DNA of 64,000 nt from an uncultured virus (IMG/VR IMGVR_UViG_3300025767_000006). Taxonomy: Duplodnaviria; Heunggongvirae; Uroviricota; Caudoviricetes. The DNA lies in the IMG/VR virus record IMGVR_UViG_3300025767_000006; one strand, 5' to 3'. The notes beneath the pieces are model-generated. The model worked only from the letters and a program-made list of their open reading frames with translations. It did no database searches and had not been told where the DNA came from. Positions 35,854-43,643 of this stretch are shown in pieces (the first letter of the stretch is position 1; the number at the start of each line of letters is the position of its first letter). The position numbers and the translations under genes were made by a program.

Positions 35854-36279
35854 ATGATTCTATTAGATATTCTTGGTGGAAAAAAGTCAGAAAGAGGTAT
35901 CTGCGAAGACGCTTTTTGGTTTGCATTAAAAACTCTTATGCCAAATAAGAAACGGCTTGATGTTGAAATCATGCTTACAAATATTCCAGATGATGCTGAT
36001 GGCTATCATTTGTGTACCGATAAATATACTCATACAATTGAAATCCAAAAAGGTCAAAATCTTGATGACCTTTTGACTTGTCTATTTCATGAAATGGTTC
36101 ATGTTAGACAGGCTGAACGAGGTCAATTAATTGATTCAGGTTTTACAAAGACTTGGGAAGGAACTGATTACATTTCTATATTTTCTACAATTGATGAATA
36201 TAGAAACCTTCCATGGGAAGCAGAGGCATACCGTCTACAAGAGGAGCTTTTAGTAAAATGGAAAAAGAATACCAAGTAG
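35854..36279 (+). CDS. Zincin-like metallopeptidase
   Basis: HEMVHVRQ and PWE.EAY. Confidence 0.8.
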   Translation: MILLDILGGKKSERGICEDAFWFALKTLMPNKKRLDVEIMLTNIPDDADGYHLCTDKYTHTIEIQKGQNLDDLLTCLFHEMVHVRQAERGQLIDSGFTKTWEGTDYISIFSTIDEYRNLPWEAEAYRLQEELLVKWKKNTK

Positions 36280-36431
36280 AAACTATTGTAACACAAGAAG
36301 ATCTTATGAAACGCACTATTGCTGATATGCAATATGAAATTCATACGCTTCAAGTTAAACTAAAAAATACAATTGAAGAAAGAGATGCATACAAGTTACA
36401 ACTTGATCAACTATGCAGACTAACTTATTGA
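36258..36431 (+). CDS. Small coiled-coil protein
   Basis: ATG 36258 with GAGGAG SD. Confidence 0.6.
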   Translation: MEKEYQVETIVTQEDLMKRTIADMQYEIHTLQVKLKNTIEERDAYKLQLDQLCRLTY

Positions 36432-36527
36432 TTTCTTTCAAATAAAAAAAATGCAAATTAAGTGCATTTTTTCCTTTACATCATTGAATAATTGTTGTAT
36501 AATATACTTATAAAATGAAATGAGGAA
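36421..36527 (+). promoter_or_regulatory. Early promoter cassette
   Basis: TAACTTATTGATT 36421-33; AAATGCA..TGCATTT; TTTACA 36475-80; TATAAT 36498-503; conserved leader. Confidence 0.85.
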
Positions 36528-36725
36528 ATGATTATGACACCAATTATTCCAACTATGGATTATCTTTATGAGTTTGATGGGTTTGCATATCATAACGAAA
36601 ATGGTAAACATGTGTTAACCCACCATGAAACAATGCAAACATTTGAATTAAAGTATACGTTTGGTACTGATAAAATCCCAACGTATGAAGAATTTCAAGA
36701 AGTGGTTGACCTATGGAAGGTTTAA
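36528..36725 (+). CDS. Hypothetical early protein
   Basis: 65-aa ORF directly behind promoter cassette. Confidence 0.65.
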   Translation: MIMTPIIPTMDYLYEFDGFAYHNENGKHVLTHHETMQTFELKYTFGTDKIPTYEEFQEVVDLWKV

Positions 36726-36880
36726 CTCTTATCCTTGAAACCGTCTGGGCCCAAGATCCACTAGCGATAGTGTTATTTCTCCTCATTTTATTAGCTACGC
36801 TAGTGGTTCTTTGGGTTCTTATGATGTTGAGAGTGTGGATTGTCATAATACTTTTAGTAATATTTTTTCTTTTAATGTAA
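36713..36880 (+). CDS. Very hydrophobic 55-aa membrane peptide
   Basis: Not in track: MEGLTLILETVWAQDPLAIVLFLLILLATLVVLWVLMMLRVWIVIILLVIFFLLM. Confidence 0.55.
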   Translation: MEGLTLILETVWAQDPLAIVLFLLILLATLVVLWVLMMLRVWIVIILLVIFFLLM

Positions 36881-36908
36881 AAAAAGATAAATTATTTCAC
36901 ATTTACCT

Positions 36909-36960
36909 GTTTACAAACACTAAAAAGTATGGTATAATCTTACTATAAAATGAAATGAGG
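36909..36960 (+). promoter_or_regulatory. Early promoter
   Basis: GTTTACA 36909-15, TATAAT 36933-38, leader TATAAAATGAAATGAGG. Confidence 0.8.
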
Positions 36961-36970
36961 AGAATACATA

Positions 36971-37279
36971 ATGTCAAATATCGTAATTACAAAGAATTCA
37001 ACTAAAGAAGAACGTCTAGCTGTTATCAAAGCAGTGGCTGAAAAGATTGCTAAACGTAAAGCTTTTCAGGCTAGAATGGCTGCTGGTGCAGCACGTGTAC
37101 GTAAGTGGACTGATGAGGTAGAAGCTCCTCGTCGTAAATCTAAAGAAGATGCATTTAATGCTATGATTGATAAAATGGATGAAAACCATAACCATTATCA
37201 AGATGGTGCTAAGTATCTTGCTGAGCATTACGGCGATCGTGCTGCTGACCAAAGATCATATGAAGCTGATTGGAACTAA
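36971..37279 (+). CDS. Hypothetical early protein
   Basis: 102-aa ORF with GAGGAG SD. Confidence 0.7.
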   Translation: MSNIVITKNSTKEERLAVIKAVAEKIAKRKAFQARMAAGAARVRKWTDEVEAPRRKSKEDAFNAMIDKMDENHNHYQDGAKYLAEHYGDRAADQRSYEADWN

Positions 37280-37280
37280 A

Positions 37281-37547
37281 ATGAAAAAATTGGATGACGA
37301 TGTAACTCTAATTAAAACCAAGGGATATGTTTATTATCTCAAATGGGTTGCAACATTTGTCATTCTATTTGCAGTAGCATGCCGGTCTGTCGAAGAGATC
37401 CCAAAAATTTATGATATTGTGCTATCGTGGATCGGGACCGGCATGTGGTTGATAGTCTCTATTGCTTGGAAAGATAGAGCATTGATTCTACTCAACTCAG
37501 TTATTTCGTTTATGTTATTTGTAGCTATATTAAGGTGGATATTTTGA
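37281..37547 (+). CDS. Three-TM membrane protein
   Basis: ATG 37281; KW.AT, G...WL.VS..W.DRALI.LN. Confidence 0.7.
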   Translation: MKKLDDDVTLIKTKGYVYYLKWVATFVILFAVACRSVEEIPKIYDIVLSWIGTGMWLIVSIAWKDRALILLNSVISFMLFVAILRWIF

Positions 37548-37870
37548 GCACACCAGCTTGGAAAAAGCGTGCACGTCAAGAATTGCATGCTAAAAATAAA
37601 GTTGAAAAGAAGTATAATAAATTATTAGCTTCTGTTAAAGCCACAATTAAGGAGTCTAAAGACTATGAACCGATGCAGACGTATCAACGGACTACAAAAA
37701 CGTATCCAAGCCTCACGACGTCGGACTCAATTCGTGGCATCGCAGCAAAGAAAGATGCAAACGTCTACTCCGGAGACTATATCACCGGAATTGCGACTAT
37801 GCACAAATCCAATCTCGTACCGGTCGGTAGAGGGTGTGATCCAGAAATATACGCAAAAATGAGGCGTTAA
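37535..37870 (+). CDS. Conserved hypothetical phage protein
   Basis: YPSL, Y.G..I.GIATMHKSN.VPV; exact start uncertain. Confidence 0.7.
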   Translation: MDILSTPAWKKRARQELHAKNKVEKKYNKLLASVKATIKESKDYEPMQTYQRTTKTYPSLTTSDSIRGIAAKKDANVYSGDYITGIATMHKSNLVPVGRGCDPEIYAKMRR

Positions 37871-37875
37871 CGTAT

Positions 37876-37952
37876 CTGCCCTTAGCTCAGCTGGATAGAG
37901 CAACAGCCTTCTAAGCTGTGGGTCGGGGGTTCGAATCCCTCAGGGCAGGCCA
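37876..37952 (+). tRNA. tRNA-Arg(UCU)
   Basis: CTGCCCT/AGGGCAG acceptor; anticodon loop CTTCTAA; TTCGAAT T-loop; encoded CCA. Confidence 0.95.
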
Positions 37953-37959
37953 ATTTTGA

Positions 37960-38037
37960 CGGAGTGTAGGAAAGTCTGGTTAATCCGCTTGCTTTGGGAG
38001 CAAGAAATCGGGAGTTCGAATCTCTCCACTCCGACCA
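37960..38037 (+). tRNA. tRNA-Pro(UGG)
   Basis: CGGAGTG/CACTCCG acceptor; CTTGC-TTTGGGA-GCAAG; TTCGAAT; CCA. Confidence 0.95.
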
Positions 38038-38054
38038 AAATAATTAATTTTTTT

Positions 38055-38084
38055 GTTTACAAACTCTTTTTTATGGTGTATAAT
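38055..38084 (+). promoter_or_regulatory. Early promoter (predicted leaderless transcript)
   Basis: GTTTACA 38055-61, TATAAT 38079-84, ATG 7 nt later. Confidence 0.75.
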
Positions 38085-38091
38085 ATACATA

Positions 38092-38382
38092 ATGGAAAGA
38101 TCAATTAAAGAAATTATTAGACAACGTAGAGCGCAAATGCTTATTCATTCGTGCATTTACTATGAATTGGACAATAATATTGTTGATGATTTTACATGGC
38201 AAAGGTGGGCAGATGAATTAGCTGATCTTCAGAACAATAATCCTGAAGATTGTAATATTGGATTTTATGATAGAGAATTCAAAGATTGGACCGGAGCTAG
38301 TGGAGCTTTTTTACCACTTCGAAGTCCATGGGTAATGGGAAAGGCTTTACAGCTTTTAAAATATAATAATGAGCCCGCGTGA
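38092..38382 (+). CDS. Stand-alone NAD+-dependent DNA ligase domain Ia-like protein
   Basis: HS.IYYELDNNIVDD.TW......EL..LQ resembles the YY..D.P..SD.EYD..EL..LE pattern of LigA domain Ia. Confidence 0.65.
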   Translation: MERSIKEIIRQRRAQMLIHSCIYYELDNNIVDDFTWQRWADELADLQNNNPEDCNIGFYDREFKDWTGASGAFLPLRSPWVMGKALQLLKYNNEPA

Positions 38383-38457
38383 TGGAATCGGTAGACATAC
38401 TGGACTTAAAATCCAGAGCCGCATGGCGTGCCAGTTCGAGTCTGGCCGTGGGTACCA
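38373..38457 (+). tRNA. tRNA-Leu(UAA)
   Basis: GCCCGCG/CGTGGGT acceptor; CTGGA-CTTAAAA-TCCAG; long variable arm; TTCGAGT; CCA. Confidence 0.95.
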
Positions 38458-38459
38458 AG

Positions 38460-38828
38460 ATAGGCGAACGAGGGAAAGCCTGGCAATAGTGCTAAACGTA
38501 CCTCAAAGGAGAAGTCGAGCGAAATAACGCGGTTAAGCCTGTAACGACTTTAAATTTAAGACACAGGTGGGAAATTATAGAGTGCCCTCATTAGAAAGAC
38601 TCAACTGGGAATGGTCCGTTCGTCCAGGATAAAAATTAAGGAACACATGGTCTTGCCGACACCATGGTGATAGCGTTTCCTTTCCGCTTAGCCAAAAGTC
38701 AAACCTCTGCAGAGGGCGGCTAGTTTCTAATTGGTGCGCAGCTAGGAGCCACACCAATAGATGTAGTAAGACTTGCTACGATCCTAGCTACAAGAAGTCC
38801 TGAGCATGACATTACACTAAACTGCTCA
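38460..38828 (+). ncRNA. Candidate large pseudoknot-rich structured RNA
   Basis: GC-richer ORF-free stretch right after tRNA-Leu with more than 10 stems and several loop-downstream pairings (e.g. AGCTAGGA 38740-47/TCCTAGCT 38782-89). Confidence 0.7.
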
Positions 38829-38852
38829 CCTAATTTTATAAGAGGATATGAT

Positions 38853-39146
38853 ATGTTTATTGAAAAATTTATTCAAGATCAAATTCGTGAAGAATTAAGC
38901 TTAGGTGTCATTGAGGTTACATTTACTAAAGCTGATGGCTCAGTTCGAGTAATGAAATGCACAATGGAAGAAGGTAAATACCCTAAGCCTGAAGCTGGAA
39001 AAGAAAGAAAAGGTAATGACGACATTTGTATTGTATGGGATGTTGATGTTCAAGATTGGCGCACCTTTAGATGGGACCGGGTTCAATCGGTAAGTTGTGA
39101 GCTATTCAATAAAGACGGGATGGTCATGCCCGGATGGCCATGGTGA
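38853..39146 (+). CDS. SH3-fold (WYL_2-like) protein
   Basis: VTFTKADG..R.MKCT...VWD.D..DWR.FR. Confidence 0.8.
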   Translation: MFIEKFIQDQIREELSLGVIEVTFTKADGSVRVMKCTMEEGKYPKPEAGKERKGNDDICIVWDVDVQDWRTFRWDRVQSVSCELFNKDGMVMPGWPW

Positions 39147-39171
39147 CGTTGTAGAGATGGAGATTTTAAAA

Positions 39172-39417
39172 ATGTCAAACTTTAAAGAAATGGTAGATAT
39201 GATCCAATGGAGAGAATTACGCCACGAAACTCCGTCAAACAATGAAGAAGTTTGGTACTATAATAAGCATATAGGTTATCACAAGGGATATTATAAAGGT
39301 GATTCTCAGTTCATGAGCACGTGTGGTACATATACTATTACTAATGAAGTAACCCATTGGCAACCAGACTTTGGCCATAATGTTACAACTGGTCCATACA
39401 TTACACAAAAAATATAA
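39172..39417 (+). CDS. Hypothetical protein
   Basis: ATG 39172 with GGAG SD; W......P, VTHWQP. Confidence 0.6.
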   Translation: MSNFKEMVDMIQWRELRHETPSNNEEVWYYNKHIGYHKGYYKGDSQFMSTCGTYTITNEVTHWQPDFGHNVTTGPYITQKI

Positions 39418-39436
39418 CATTATTCCGAATAAAATT

Positions 39437-39466
39437 GTTTACATTCATGTTTATCTGTGGTATAAT
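39437..39466 (+). promoter_or_regulatory. Early/middle promoter
   Basis: GTTTACA-17nt-TATAAT with TGTGG extension. Confidence 0.8.
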
Positions 39467-39495
39467 AATTATATTATTTCGATGGAGAGAGAACT

Positions 39496-40614
39496 ATGGG
39501 ATTAGTTAAACGTAAAAAGAAAACAGTAGTTTCACGTCGTACTGGTATTAATGCAGCACCTATTGAAAAGGGCTTTAAAGCAGTACAGAATTACTTTCAA
39601 ACTGAATTAACTAAAAAAGATGCTGTTGATCAGCATCGTACATATATTAAAAAGAACTTCTCAAAGAAAGATGCTGAATTTATTTTAGTGCATCCTGATT
39701 GGACGTTCTCAAAGTATTATCAAGCGGCTACCTGTTTCTGGTATAATTCAGGTTTACCAATTGATGATGATACAGAGTACTGGAAAGCTGCTCTGGATCG
39801 GCATATGGCTGAGCTAATTGAACCTGGCAAAGCTATGTATTATGAAAAGTTGCAAGCACAAACTGACAGCGCATCAAATGTAGTCAGTCTCTCTCCTCAA
39901 CAACGCTTGCAACGAAAAATCAATTCAACTATTATGACAGATCTTGATGATCTAGAAGATCAGTGGATTGATGGTGAAAAAGCCTCTATTGATGTGTACA
40001 CTTTATTTAAGGTACATGGGCTGGCTGGTTCTGCTATTAAGCCAGTTCAAACGGTGATTGAAGGATGGTTGCTTGATTATAGCGATGCATACCATAAAAG
40101 ATGTGAACAAGCGGTTGAAGGGTATTCACACCTTTCACGGCCTGAGCTCAATCGCCGCGTCAAGGAATGTGAAAAGATGTTGGCAGATCTAGATCGAGTA
40201 CGTGATGCTTCAAAAGCTACGCGTAAAGTTCGTACAATTAAACCAATGTCTATTGATAAACAAGTTTCTAGAGTAAAATATAAGAAAGAAGACAATGACT
40301 ATAAAATTGTCTCCATTCCACCTGCTCAAATTATTGGCAAATTATCTTTATATGTCTTTAATTGTAAGACACGTAAGATCATGGAGTATATTACTGAAGA
40401 TCCTAAAGGCTTTCAGATTAAAGGTACATCTATTCAAAACTTTGATCCTGAAAAATCTAGAGCATTTACCTTACGTAAACCAATGGAACAACTTCCTGAA
40501 ATTATGAAGACTACTCCAGCCAAACGTAGCAAAATACTAAATGCTATTAAGACTAAACCAAGTGTACCTAATGGTAGACTTAATGATGATTCTATCATCC
40601 TCATAGCTAAATAG
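39496..40614 (+). CDS. Conserved hypothetical T4-like protein upstream of gp33
   Basis: EGYSHL, LYVFN.KTRK, KGTSI..FD, TLRKP, NGRLN. Confidence 0.75.
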   Translation: MGLVKRKKKTVVSRRTGINAAPIEKGFKAVQNYFQTELTKKDAVDQHRTYIKKNFSKKDAEFILVHPDWTFSKYYQAATCFWYNSGLPIDDDTEYWKAALDRHMAELIEPGKAMYYEKLQAQTDSASNVVSLSPQQRLQRKINSTIMTDLDDLEDQWIDGEKASIDVYTLFKVHGLAGSAIKPVQTVIEGWLLDYSDAYHKRCEQAVEGYSHLSRPELNRRVKECEKMLADLDRVRDASKATRKVRTIKPMSIDKQVSRVKYKKEDNDYKIVSIPPAQIIGKLSLYVFNCKTRKIMEYITEDPKGFQIKGTSIQNFDPEKSRAFTLRKPMEQLPEIMKTTPAKRSKILNAIKTKPSVPNGRLNDDSIILIAK

Positions 40615-40625
40615 GAGGAAAGCAT

Positions 40626-40883
40626 ATGGAAGAAAAAGAAGTACCAATTGAACAACAGTTTCTTACTAAAAGTAAGTTTACAAAACTTATTGAAAGTACA
40701 GTGGCTGAATTAAGAATTAGTTACATGGAGGCTATTCTTCATGTATGTGAAAAGCACAACATTGAACCTGAAGATGTAAAGAAATTTGTTTCACACATTA
40801 TCAAAGACAAGGTTGAAGCTGAGGCAATGAATTTAAACTTTTTGCCTCGTAAAAATACATTAGATAGCGCTTTTGCTGAATAG
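40626..40883 (+). CDS. 33: Late-promoter transcription coactivator gp33
   Basis: F...IE..V......YMEAI...CE...I...........IKDK.EAEAM.LNFL; upstream of gp32. Confidence 0.9.
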   Translation: MEEKEVPIEQQFLTKSKFTKLIESTVAELRISYMEAILHVCEKHNIEPEDVKKFVSHIIKDKVEAEAMNLNFLPRKNTLDSAFAE

Positions 40884-40899
40884 TGTATATATAATATGC

Positions 40900-40944
40900 G
40901 TACCACAAAAAGTAGTGTACAAACTAATCTATTTGTGGTATAAT
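40900..40944 (+). promoter_or_regulatory. gp32 promoter inside an inverted repeat
   Basis: GTGTACA 40915-21, TATAAT 40939-44; TACCACAAA/TTTGTGGTA arms. Confidence 0.7.
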
Positions 40945-40988
40945 ATTACAGTAAATACAAAAACATACTTTAACATAAGGACAATACG

Positions 40989-41879
40989 ATGTCATTCGAA
41001 AATCTAAAACGCAATAAAGATCAAATCTCTAAACTTGTAGCTGCAGCCGAAAAAGTAAATGGTGGCGGTGAAAAGAAATCATATCAAGATGACCGTGTAT
41101 GGAAACCAACGGTAGATAAAGCAGGTAATGGATATGCAGTCCTACGATTCCTCCCAGCAGCTGAAGGCCAAGAACTTCCATGGGTCCGATATTGGGACCA
41201 TGGATTCAAAGGACCAACCGGTCTTTGGTATATCGAAAACAGCCTTACATCTATTGGTCAACCTGATCCAGTTGGTGAACTCAACTCACGGCTCTGGAAT
41301 TCTGGTATCGAATCAGATAAAGACAAAGCACGAGACCAAAAGCGTCGACTACACTACGTAGCAAACGTATTAGTAGTATCAGATCCATCAAATCCAGATA
41401 ATGAAGGTAAAGTATTCCTTTATAAGTTTGGTAAGAAAATCTTTGATAAGATTATGGATCTAATGCAACCATCATTTGCTGATGAAAAAGCTGTTAATCC
41501 TTTTGATTTTTGGGAAGGTGCAGACTTTAAACTTAAAATTCGTAATGTAGAAGGTTATCGTAACTACGATAAGTCTGAATTTGGTTCTCCTGAAGCACTA
41601 TATGGCGCTGATGAACCTAAACTCGAGCAAGTGTATAATAACCTACACAATCTTTCTGAGTTTACTGATCCTAAGAACTATAAGACATATGATGAGCTTA
41701 AGACTAAATTGTCTCGTGTCTTAGGTGAAGAAATGGCTGGTGGTGCACCAACTGTACAACAAATGGTTCAAGTAAATGAACCAGCACCAGCACCAGTAAT
41801 GCCATCGGCTGAACAAGTAGTTGCAGACGATGATGACGACACTATGTCGTACTTTGCAAAGTTAGCTAATGAGTCTTAA
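40989..41879 (+). CDS. 32: Single-stranded DNA-binding protein gp32
   Basis: DK.GNG.AV.RFLP, WYIENS, GKVF.YKFGKKI.DKI, YD.SEF, acidic tail. Confidence 0.97.
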   Translation: MSFENLKRNKDQISKLVAAAEKVNGGGEKKSYQDDRVWKPTVDKAGNGYAVLRFLPAAEGQELPWVRYWDHGFKGPTGLWYIENSLTSIGQPDPVGELNSRLWNSGIESDKDKARDQKRRLHYVANVLVVSDPSNPDNEGKVFLYKFGKKIFDKIMDLMQPSFADEKAVNPFDFWEGADFKLKIRNVEGYRNYDKSEFGSPEALYGADEPKLEQVYNNLHNLSEFTDPKNYKTYDELKTKLSRVLGEEMAGGAPTVQQMVQVNEPAPAPVMPSAEQVVADDDDDTMSYFAKLANES

Positions 41880-43468
41880 GCTCCAGCTAACATAGGATCA
41901 CTATAATCCATAGCTGAAGGGGTGGTACTTATCAATGGTGTAGAGCTCGAACTAGAACTAGTATTAGTTGTTGGAGCCACCACCATGGTATTACCACCCT
42001 TTCCACTATCTAAAGCTGCTCTTTCGGCTTTTAATTCTTCTAATCTTCTACTTGCATCTTGAGATTTTGAAGCAGCTGCAAGTTGCTTATCTCTAAGATA
42101 ATTATCTTTTTCAGCCCCGGTTAATTCTTTACCATCTACTATTACTTTACCACTACCCATGCGTCTTACTTGAGCAGCTGATTGTCTAGCATTTGTGTCA
42201 TCAGCTCGAGCTTGCTCAATTTCAGCATCTAAAGCTTTTCTTTCTTGGACGTTAGTATCAAATTTAAAGCTTCGGATCTTATCTCCAATGCCGCCACCAA
42301 CCAATGGAATGTTTTCAATAGCTGTTGCAGCTAATTCAATAATACCATTAATAACATTTTTAAATATATCAAAAATTGAATCAATTGCTCTTGAAATAAA
42401 GTCTTGTACACTAAATCCTTTTAATGCATCTGCTGTGTCGTCAAATCCGAACTTTTTAAGTACCCAAGCCATAACGTCTTTGAGGAGATCTAATGGAGCA
42501 CCGATGACACCATTGATCAATCCTGTAATGGCACCTTGAATTGCACCAATGAAACCTTCATCTTCAAATCCACTAATAGCACCTTTAACTGTATCCCACA
42601 CGGTCATAATCAAAGTAATTGGATAGAATAATCTACCAATGATTCTACCAATTGAGCTAAGAGATTTCATAAGAGCTGAGCCTTCATCAAAGACTGAAAA
42701 GGCGGTTTTAATCATATCACCGGCTTTACCAGCGGCATCCATCACAAAATCAAATGGTGCTCTAACTTTAGCTATAATTTTGGATAATAAAGATCCACCA
42801 TCTTCGCCACCCTGGAAGATAGATTTAAACGGCTTGATAGCGTCATCAATTAATCCTTCAAATGGGAATCTAAATGGAGCAGTAATCATTCTAAAAAATT
42901 TAGCAATTCTACCGTCAGGATTTGTAAATAAATCTTTTACTGGTTTTAATAAATCATCCATAAATTTAAGAGCATCATCAAAAATAACAAATGATCTAAC
43001 TTTAAGATCTTCAATAATTAAAGCAAGAGTTCCGGCTTTTGAAGAAAAGAATGCACGAATTGGTTTAAATAAATCTGTAAGAGCTTCAGCTACTCTTGTT
43101 TTGAGATTAGAAGTCATACCTCTAATATTTTTGAGAAGATCATCTAGTCTAAATAACTTAGCATATGCTTTTAAGGAATCGGAAATACCAGCCAAGATCC
43201 CACCAGCCAAAGCAGCGATGCCGGCAATGATTTTTCCATAACCAATATCTCCCTTTGGAGCTGATGCAGGAGCACCGGCCGCGGCAGTTTCATCTTTCCT
43301 TTCGCGCATCATTTCCAGCATATCCATTTGCTGGTTTTTAAGCATATCTAAGAAAGACTTAAATTTTATATTTAGCTTTTCGAGTTCAAGCGCAACTAGG
43401 ACGTGACCCTCCATATTTTGCTTATTATTCTCTTTTAGCTGCTCAGCTACTTGTACTAAATTTGACAT
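41876..43468 (-). CDS. Tail tape measure / baseplate hub (gp29-like)
   Basis: 530-aa amphipathic helical protein downstream of gp26/51-like genes; S/T-rich C-terminus. Confidence 0.7.
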   Translation of the reverse strand: MSNLVQVAEQLKENNKQNMEGHVLVALELEKLNIKFKSFLDMLKNQQMDMLEMMRERKDETAAAGAPASAPKGDIGYGKIIAGIAALAGGILAGISDSLKAYAKLFRLDDLLKNIRGMTSNLKTRVAEALTDLFKPIRAFFSSKAGTLALIIEDLKVRSFVIFDDALKFMDDLLKPVKDLFTNPDGRIAKFFRMITAPFRFPFEGLIDDAIKPFKSIFQGGEDGGSLLSKIIAKVRAPFDFVMDAAGKAGDMIKTAFSVFDEGSALMKSLSSIGRIIGRLFYPITLIMTVWDTVKGAISGFEDEGFIGAIQGAITGLINGVIGAPLDLLKDVMAWVLKKFGFDDTADALKGFSVQDFISRAIDSIFDIFKNVINGIIELAATAIENIPLVGGGIGDKIRSFKFDTNVQERKALDAEIEQARADDTNARQSAAQVRRMGSGKVIVDGKELTGAEKDNYLRDKQLAAASKSQDASRRLEELKAERAALDSGKGGNTMVVAPTTNTSSSSSSTPLISTTPSAMDYSDPMLAGA

Positions 43469-43608
43469 TACCTATTTTGCTCTTGTCTCTGTTTTTCTTC
43501 CTTTAAGTAGTTCATTAAGAGAGTAATATAGATCTCTCTTTCCCATGGTATCATTCCCTCTATCTCAGTCAGTCCCCAGTGCCAATGTGTTATCAAATTA
43601 AAATTCAT
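43468..43608 (-). CDS. gp51-like C-terminal module (46 aa from ATG; probably also reached by -1 frameshift)
   Basis: Not in track: MNFNLITHWHWGLTEIEGMIPWEREIYITLLMNYLKEEKQRQEQNR; frame stays open upstream (SHESLENYYQ). Confidence 0.8.
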   Translation of the reverse strand: MNFNLITHWHWGLTEIEGMIPWEREIYITLLMNYLKEEKQRQEQNR

Positions 43609-43643
43609 TTGATAATAATTTTCAAGACTCTCATGAGATAGAG

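Noticed and set aside
485..36960. Repeated AT-rich elements as CRISPR array or IS ends
   Set aside because: Dispersed rather than regularly spaced, contain -35/-10 boxes, and no transposase or cas operon is present
38575..38757. 60-aa minus-strand ORF in the ncRNA region
   Set aside because: Antisense to the tRNA operon, no SD or promoter, atypical composition; likely a chance ORF in GC-richer DNA
38460..38828. tmRNA, RNase P RNA or group I intron as identity of the structured region
   Set aside because: No tRNA-like T-arm/CCA end, no RNase P P4 consensus (GAGGAAAGUCC) and no group I P7 signature recognised; it does not interrupt a gene
41876..41879. Convergent gp32/tape measure genes sharing TTAA
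   Set aside because: Ordinary compact overlap; no additional structure seen
42195..43241. Long plus-strand ORFs (114 and 200 aa) opposite the tape measure gene
   Set aside because: Shadow ORFs from codon bias; no RBS or recognisable motifs
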